Shown piece by piece: positions 58,433-64,000 of a DNA stretch of 64,000 bases. A model generated the notes under the pieces. The model had not been told where the DNA came from. It searched no databases and saw only the letters and a program-made list of their open reading frames with translations. The stretch is from Myxococcota bacterium (GTDB lineage: Bacteria; Myxococcota_A; UBA796; UBA2385). The stretch lies in the NCBI GenBank assembly GCA_044344255.1, contig JBIJDH010000005.1:297669-361668 (forward strand), in the 5' to 3' direction. Each line of letters starts with the position of its first letter. Position 1 is the stretch's first letter. The translations under genes and the position numbers were made by a program.

Positions 58433-59935
58433 GAGTGGCTCCTCGCGCGGGCGTGGGGGTGGGTGGTCCGGACGGTCACCGCGCTGCGGCGCCGCGCCGA
58501 GGCCCGGGAGCGTCAGCTCGTCGCCGAGGCTCGGCTGCTCGGCGCCGAGGTGCGGGTGCTCGGCGCCGCCTACTGGGGCCCCATCGACGCCCTGCGCTTC
58601 ACCCCCTCGCGTAAGCGCTTCCCGGCCGTGCGAACCCAGTATTACGGGCACGGCGCCTTCATGGGGGCGACGCCGGCCCTGCTCGCTCATCCTCGCTGGC
58701 GGCGGATCCTCGCCTTCCTGATGCCCGACGTGTTCAGCGCGGTGCAGGAGAGCCTGGACGCTGGGGTCGACGTCTCGCGACTGATGCCGATGTTGGAGAA
58801 CAACCCGGTGCTGGCCGCCTTCGGCACGCTCGAGGCGACGCGGGCCAGCCAGAGCGGAGAGCACCCGAACCACCTCGCAGGCATGGAGTGGGATCTGTTC
58901 GTCAACACCGACCTCATCACCGCCTGGGAGGAGGCCGAGACCGAGGCAGCCCGCGCTGCGGTGATGGACCAGGTGATCGACACCTCGCTCATCGCCCACG
59001 CCAACGCGCTCGACACCGTCCAGGAGAGCCTGGGGATCAGCCAGTACGAGGACGTGCGGCGCTCCCCCAAGACCGCCTTCGGAGGCGTCGAGATGGACGC
59101 CTGGCTCGACCTCTTCGGCCGCTCGCTCCACCTCGCGGAGGCCGCTGACTTCGACGCCGCGGTGGCCGAGATGGCACCCGAGCCGCGGAGCAGCCGCGAG
59201 GAGGCCTGTATGCGGGGCACCTTCGCGGCGCCGTGGTCGGTCGAGCGGGTCACGGCCCTGCACCGGGCGGTGACGGGGCGCCCCCACCTCTCCGTGGTCA
59301 TCGACATCAAGTCGCTCCGCAGCACGCCGCCCTTCCTCTCCGGCCTGATCGGGCACCTCAACCGCTTCGGGGTGCACGTGGCGGCGGTGGGCTCCTTCTC
59401 GAAGGCGGAGATCGAGGGCATCAGCGCCAACCCCCAGCAGCTCAACGGAGGGACCCTCCCTGGCGCCCGTGAGGTGCAGTTCTTCCACTTCGCCGGTGAC
59501 CTGCAGGCGGCCTGCGAGGCGGGGCAGGTCTCGGCGGGCCAGTGTGTGATGTTCAACGGCGGCAGCCTGCTCGATCACGTCACGCTCGACCTCGGGGCGG
59601 CCGGGGAGGCGGGCACGGACGCGGGGGGCGAGGCGGTGCGCCACGTCTACAGCGCGCGGCAGCGGGTCCTCGCCGAGCTCGAGGACTGGCGGGCCCGCCT
59701 CGACCTGCAGATCGGCCTCTACGTGCAGGAGGGTGACTGCGAGGCCGACGCCGCCTCCGTCCTCTCCGACATTGTCCTCGCCTGGCCGGACACCTTCTCC
59801 CTCGGCTTCGCTTGGGGCGGGCTCCGCGACGAGGCCGGCCTGCCCTCTGGGGCGGAGCCGCGGGTGGGCTACGGCGCCCAGCGTCTGCTGGAGCACGTCG
59901 GGAAGGCCCGCCAGTGGCGCCTCAGCGGCGAGTAG
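58418..59935 (+). CDS. Conserved-looking hypothetical protein, possibly with a PLC/GDPD-like TIM barrel
   Basis: GC3-rich codon usage; GGAGG upstream; SVVIDIKS, VAAVGSF and IGLYVQE segments. Confidence 0.65.
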   Translation: MRLIQEWLLARAWGWVVRTVTALRRRAEARERQLVAEARLLGAEVRVLGAAYWGPIDALRFTPSRKRFPAVRTQYYGHGAFMGATPALLAHPRWRRILAFLMPDVFSAVQESLDAGVDVSRLMPMLENNPVLAAFGTLEATRASQSGEHPNHLAGMEWDLFVNTDLITAWEEAETEAARAAVMDQVIDTSLIAHANALDTVQESLGISQYEDVRRSPKTAFGGVEMDAWLDLFGRSLHLAEAADFDAAVAEMAPEPRSSREEACMRGTFAAPWSVERVTALHRAVTGRPHLSVVIDIKSLRSTPPFLSGLIGHLNRFGVHVAAVGSFSKAEIEGISANPQQLNGGTLPGAREVQFFHFAGDLQAACEAGQVSAGQCVMFNGGSLLDHVTLDLGAAGEAGTDAGGEAVRHVYSARQRVLAELEDWRARLDLQIGLYVQEGDCEADAASVLSDIVLAWPDTFSLGFAWGGLRDEAGLPSGAEPRVGYGAQRLLEHVGKARQWRLSGE

Positions 59936-60470
59936 CGCCCGGTTCGCCCAGCCCGGCGGGCGGATCGAGGGCCCACCAGAGCGTGCGACCCTCGCGGTGG
60001 GTTTGCTGGAAGCCGAGCTTCTGGAGGACGCGGATCGAGGCGGGGTTGTCGAATTCACAGTCCGCCTTGACCTGACGGACGGCGGGCTCTTGGAAGGCGC
60101 GCTCGAGCAGGGCCCGCCCCATCTCGGTGGCGATGCCTTGGCTCTGCCAGGCCCGCGCCGTGCCGTAGCCGAGCTCCGCCACGCCGTACCGGTTGGGGCC
60201 GCCCTTCAGCCCCATGTCGCCCACGAGGGTGAGCCCGCCGTCGCCCTCGCCGCGGTGCAGCACGAGGCCGTCCCAGCCGAGGCGCTCCGGTTGGCCTGCG
60301 AAGACCTCGAGCATGTCCTCGAGGGCGAAGGCGAGCTCCGCCGAGGGCCAGTCGAGGGGCACGGCCGCGCCGAGCCTGCGGGCCAGACCGCGGCGACCCG
60401 CGGCGGCGATACGCAGCAGCTCGATGTCGTAGGGGATCCAGCGGAGGCGGGGGCTGTCGAAGGCTCGCAT
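59922..60470 (-). CDS. GNAT N-acetyltransferase (RimJ/RimL type)
   Basis: AELGYG, WQSQGIATE and NPASIRVLQKLGF. Confidence 0.92.
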   Translation of the reverse strand: MRAFDSPRLRWIPYDIELLRIAAAGRRGLARRLGAAVPLDWPSAELAFALEDMLEVFAGQPERLGWDGLVLHRGEGDGGLTLVGDMGLKGGPNRYGVAELGYGTARAWQSQGIATEMGRALLERAFQEPAVRQVKADCEFDNPASIRVLQKLGFQQTHREGRTLWWALDPPAGLGEPGATRR

Positions 60471-60588
60471 GGTCGGGGCGCGCTCCGGCGGGGGAGAGGC
60501 GGCCGGATCGGGGGCTATCCCCGTCGCCCCTGCCGGTCCGGCCGGGCGTGGCTCGGGTTAAGTGGGCGCTCCCCGACTGGAGCCCATC

Positions 60589-62496
60589 ATGTCCGACCGC
60601 ACCCTATCCGAGCGCGCGCTGCCCGTTGATCAGCAGGAGGCGGTCGAGGTCGAAGCGGATCACCTCACCGTGGCCCCTGGAGACGCCGCTGAGGCCGAGC
60701 TTTACCGCATCCGCCACAGCCTCGCCCACGTGCTGGCCGCGGCCGTGCTGCAGCTCCGTCCGGGCTCCACCCTCGGCTTCGGCCCCCCGATCTCGGACGG
60801 CTTCTACTACGACTTCATCCTGTCTGCGCCGATCTCCGAGGCCGACTTCCCCGAGATCGAGAAGCGGATGGCGCACATCCTGAAGAACAACCAGGAGTTT
60901 GAGCGGGAGGAGCTGGACCGCGACGCCGCCACCACCCGCCTCTCGGCGATGAACGAGCCCTACAAGGCCGAGTATGCCGCCGAGCTCTTCGAGAAGAAGG
61001 GCATCGAGAAGCTCACCTTCTACAAGAACGGCAGCTTCCTGGACATGTGTGAGGGCCCCCACGTCTCGAACACGAACCGCATCCCAAAGGGCTGCTTCAA
61101 GCTCAAGAGCGTGGCCGGCGCTTATTGGCGGGGCAACTCCAACAACGCGATGATGACCCGCATCTACGCCTGGGCCTTCGCGAGCAAGGACGCCCTCGAG
61201 GGCTACGTCAAGGCCTACAAAGAGGCCCAGGAGCGCGACCATAAGAAGCTCGGCGCCCAGCTCGACATCTTCTTCATCGACGAGGAGGTGGGAAAGGGCC
61301 TCGCGATGTGGATGCCGAACGGCACGGTCATCCGCGACGAGCTCGAGGGCCTCGCCAAGGAGCTCGAGTTCAAGGCCGGCTACGTGCGGGTGGCCACCCC
61401 GCACCTCACCAAGGCCAGCCTGTATTACAAGACGGGCCACCTCCCCTATTACGCCGCCGGTATGTATCCGCCGATGGAGCTGAAGGAGGAGCGAGAGGGG
61501 GAGGGGGGCAAGATCGAGGAGGTGAAGGAGACCTACTACCTCCGCCCGATGAACTGCCCGCACCACCACAAGATCTTCGACGCCCGGCCCCGGTCCTATC
61601 GGGATCTGCCCCTCCGCCTCGCGGAGTACGGTCAGGTCTATCGTTTCGAAGACTCGGGCTCGCTGTCGGGGCTGCTGCGGGTGCGCGGCATGTGCATGAA
61701 CGACGCGCACATCTACTGCACGGAAGATCAGGTTCATCAAGAGTTCTTGTCGGTGATGAACCTGCACCGCGCTGTCTATGACGTGCTCGGGCTCTCCAAC
61801 TACTACTTCCGCTTCTCCACCTGGAACCCCGATGATCCGAAGGGGAAGGCGAAGTACGTGGACAATCCGGCCGCCTGGGAGAAGAGCCAGGAGATGGTGC
61901 GCCGGGCAATGATCGACTCCGGCCTGCCCTTCCGAGAGGTCAAGGGTGAGGCGGCCTTCTACGGGCCGAAGATCGACGTCCAGTTCCGCACCGTGACCGG
62001 TCGGGAGGAGACCGCGAGCACCAACCAGCTCGACTTCGCCGTGCCCGAGCGCTTGGGCCTCCGCTATGTGGGCGCCGACAACAAGGAGCACATGCCCTAT
62101 GTGATCCACCGCGCTCCGCTCGGCACCCACGAGCGCTTCACCGCCTTCCTGATCGAACACTACGGCGGCGCCTTCCCCACCTGGCTCTCTCCGGTGCAGG
62201 TGCGCTTGCTCCCGGTGACCGACGGTCAGAGCGAGTACGCCGATCGCCTCTCCGCCGCGCTCCGCCAGAACATGGTGCGGGCCGAGGTGGACAGCACGGG
62301 GGAGCGGGTCCAGAAGAAGATTCGCACGGCGCTGACGAGCAAGATCCCCAACCTGCTCGTCATCGGGGAGCGGGAGGCCGCTGACGGCACCGTCACCCTG
62401 CGCCGCTACGGCGTCGAGCAGCAGGAGACGATGCCCTTCGCGGAGTTCGAGGCGCGGATCCTCTCGGCGATCAAGGCTCGCAGCCGGAGCCTCTGA
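60589..62496 (+). CDS. thrS: Threonine--tRNA ligase (no N-terminal TGS domain)
   Basis: RHSLAH, DMCEGPH, RDHKKLG, RPMNCP, AFYGPKID and HRAPLGTHERF. Confidence 0.98.
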   Translation: MSDRTLSERALPVDQQEAVEVEADHLTVAPGDAAEAELYRIRHSLAHVLAAAVLQLRPGSTLGFGPPISDGFYYDFILSAPISEADFPEIEKRMAHILKNNQEFEREELDRDAATTRLSAMNEPYKAEYAAELFEKKGIEKLTFYKNGSFLDMCEGPHVSNTNRIPKGCFKLKSVAGAYWRGNSNNAMMTRIYAWAFASKDALEGYVKAYKEAQERDHKKLGAQLDIFFIDEEVGKGLAMWMPNGTVIRDELEGLAKELEFKAGYVRVATPHLTKASLYYKTGHLPYYAAGMYPPMELKEEREGEGGKIEEVKETYYLRPMNCPHHHKIFDARPRSYRDLPLRLAEYGQVYRFEDSGSLSGLLRVRGMCMNDAHIYCTEDQVHQEFLSVMNLHRAVYDVLGLSNYYFRFSTWNPDDPKGKAKYVDNPAAWEKSQEMVRRAMIDSGLPFREVKGEAAFYGPKIDVQFRTVTGREETASTNQLDFAVPERLGLRYVGADNKEHMPYVIHRAPLGTHERFTAFLIEHYGGAFPTWLSPVQVRLLPVTDGQSEYADRLSAALRQNMVRAEVDSTGERVQKKIRTALTSKIPNLLVIGEREAADGTVTLRRYGVEQQETMPFAEFEARILSAIKARSRSL

Positions 62497-62525
62497 TCCG
62501 GCGTACCGGAGCCGGGCTCCCGGGC

Positions 62526-63353
62526 TCAGGCCCGGAAGCTCGTGCGCTGGAGGTCGAGCCAGTAGCGTTGGAGCAGGGCCTCGGCGGCGCGGCCCTGAAC
62601 GCTGTAGGTCACCCCGAGGACGCCGTGCTGGAGGCCATCCTGGGTGGGGAGCTCCACGCGGCGGGCCGTGGCCTTCGCCTCGATGTGCTGCTCGCTGATG
62701 TGCATGATCAGCGGGATGCGGGGCGCCTCCCGAACCCAGGCGTCGAGGGGCAAGGCGCGCGCCGCGGGGAGGGTGAGCTGAAGGCCGATGCCGCCGGGGC
62801 CGTGGTCGGTGGGCACCGCGAGGTCCTCGATCCGTAGCTGGATCGGCGCGTCGCCGTGGTGAAAGATCGCGTGGGCCGACCAGCTGGTCGGCACTCGAAC
62901 GCGGAAGCAGGCGCGCTTGCTGCGCTCCGAGAGGGAGCGGCTCGCCAGCGGGGCGAGGGGGGCCAGCAGGGGAGAGTCGACGGTGAGCTGGGACTTCCCG
63001 AGGAGGGCCCTCGCCACCTTCCGGCTGAGCATGTGGTGAGAGTCAGGGAGGTCGAGGAGATCGTCTACCCCAAGCTTGAGGAGCTCCACGGCGGAGTTCA
63101 CCTCAAGGCCGCTCGCCAGCACGAGGACCTTCAGGTGGAGGTACCGCTCCCGAATGCGGCCAAAGAGCCGGATCCCCTCCGTGTGGGGGGGCTGGATTAC
63201 GACCAAGAGGAGATCTAGCGGGCTGATCCCGGCGTCGGTGAAGTCTGCGCCGATGGGTGTGACCGTTGCAATAGCGGACAGTGCTTCGGTGCAGGTTGCC
63301 AAGAGCTTGGAGCCCGCGCCCAAGATCCCCACCTGAAAACGAACGTCGGACAT
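62526..63353 (-). CDS. Atypical receiver domain fused to a PilZ-like domain
   Basis: DLLLVVI..AVELLKLGVDDLL REC pattern; RACFRV (RxxxR) and DL....GG.GL. Confidence 0.6.
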   Translation of the reverse strand: MSDVRFQVGILGAGSKLLATCTEALSAIATVTPIGADFTDAGISPLDLLLVVIQPPHTEGIRLFGRIRERYLHLKVLVLASGLEVNSAVELLKLGVDDLLDLPDSHHMLSRKVARALLGKSQLTVDSPLLAPLAPLASRSLSERSKRACFRVRVPTSWSAHAIFHHGDAPIQLRIEDLAVPTDHGPGGIGLQLTLPAARALPLDAWVREAPRIPLIMHISEQHIEAKATARRVELPTQDGLQHGVLGVTYSVQGRAAEALLQRYWLDLQRTSFRA

Positions 63354-63404
63354 CAGTCATCCTTGGGATGATCCCTCTACGTGGAGGGTAATCTCTCCCC
63401 AATT

Positions 63405-64000
63405 TTAACTGGTCGCGTGGATTGTGCCCACGAAAGTTCGCCTTCGCAGGAAAAAGATCGCCGCCAGAGCCGCAGATACGAGGAGGTTCGACCGCCCGCC
63501 CGCCCGCGAGGCGCAGCCGCAGCCCTTCTGCGCAGGGTCTCCCGCGGCGCAGGTGCCGAGTCCGTCCGGATCCTGGCGCCCCGTCTCGTCAAAGTCTGCG
63601 CAGGTCACGGTCCAGACATCCGGCGCAGACCCCTCGGCGATCAGGGTGAGGGTCTGGCCGTCGGGGTCGAAGGTTGCCGCCTCGCCGTCGCCGCCGACGG
63701 GTGCCGGCAGCCGCTCGGCGGGGGAGGTGATGGCGCCGGCGACGTCCCCGCCCGTGATCGGGAAGAGCAGGAGGTCGTCGTTGGTGCGCACGATCAGCCG
63801 ATCTCCGAGCGGTGAGACCGTGGCGCCGGTCACGCTCTCCGACTCCGCCCCGAGCGCCTCGAGGTCGAGGGTACCCACCAGCCGGAGGTCGGTCGTGCGG
63901 TCGGGATCTCCCGGGCCGTCAAAGGTGAAGAGCTGTGCCGGGAAGCCCACCTCCTTCGTGAGGATGAAGAGTTCGCCGCTGCCGGGCAGGACGATCAGGG
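63405..64000 (-). CDS. Partial (5' end outside window) beta-propeller surface protein with MYXO-CTERM-like tail
   Basis: Open reading frame to the window edge; GEAATFDPDG; GCGC + TM + RRR. Confidence 0.7.
   Translation of the reverse strand, partial: LIVLPGSGELFILTKEVGFPAQLFTFDGPGDPDRTTDLRLVGTLDLEALGAESESVTGATVSPLGDRLIVRTNDDLLLFPITGGDVAGAITSPAERLPAPVGGDGEAATFDPDGQTLTLIAEGSAPDVWTVTCADFDETGRQDPDGLGTCAAGDPAQKGCGCASRAGGRSNLLVSAALAAIFFLRRRTFVGTIHATS

Overview
High-GC (roughly 70% by eye) bacterial chromosomal segment, most likely Myxococcota/deltaproteobacterial. The basis is MYXO-CTERM-like C-terminal tails, Asp/Cys-rich DCDD metal-binding-repeat surface proteins and an AglRQS-like TolQ+2xTolR triplet. 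About 55 CDS are supportable. They include housekeeping genes (lon, ribF, aroE, lgt, glgP, pdxA, surA, NAD kinase, pssA, thrS), many lipoproteins and surface proteins, an orphan N6-adenine DNA methyltransferase, an XPB helicase with a coupled small partner, and a Ski2-like DUF3516-type helicase immediately followed by an Smr-domain gene. A ~1.5 kb lower-GC insert (28805-30296) encodes a PLD-fold nuclease-like protein with a four-CxxC zinc-finger tail. It ends in an IS21-like terminal repeat and is flanked by a decayed partial duplicate of the upstream gene. Several genes show a leaderless-mRNA signature (TAnnnT 6-8 nt before ATG). No rRNA, tRNA or CRISPR array was recognised. Family calls come from motif recognition only; no database searches were run.
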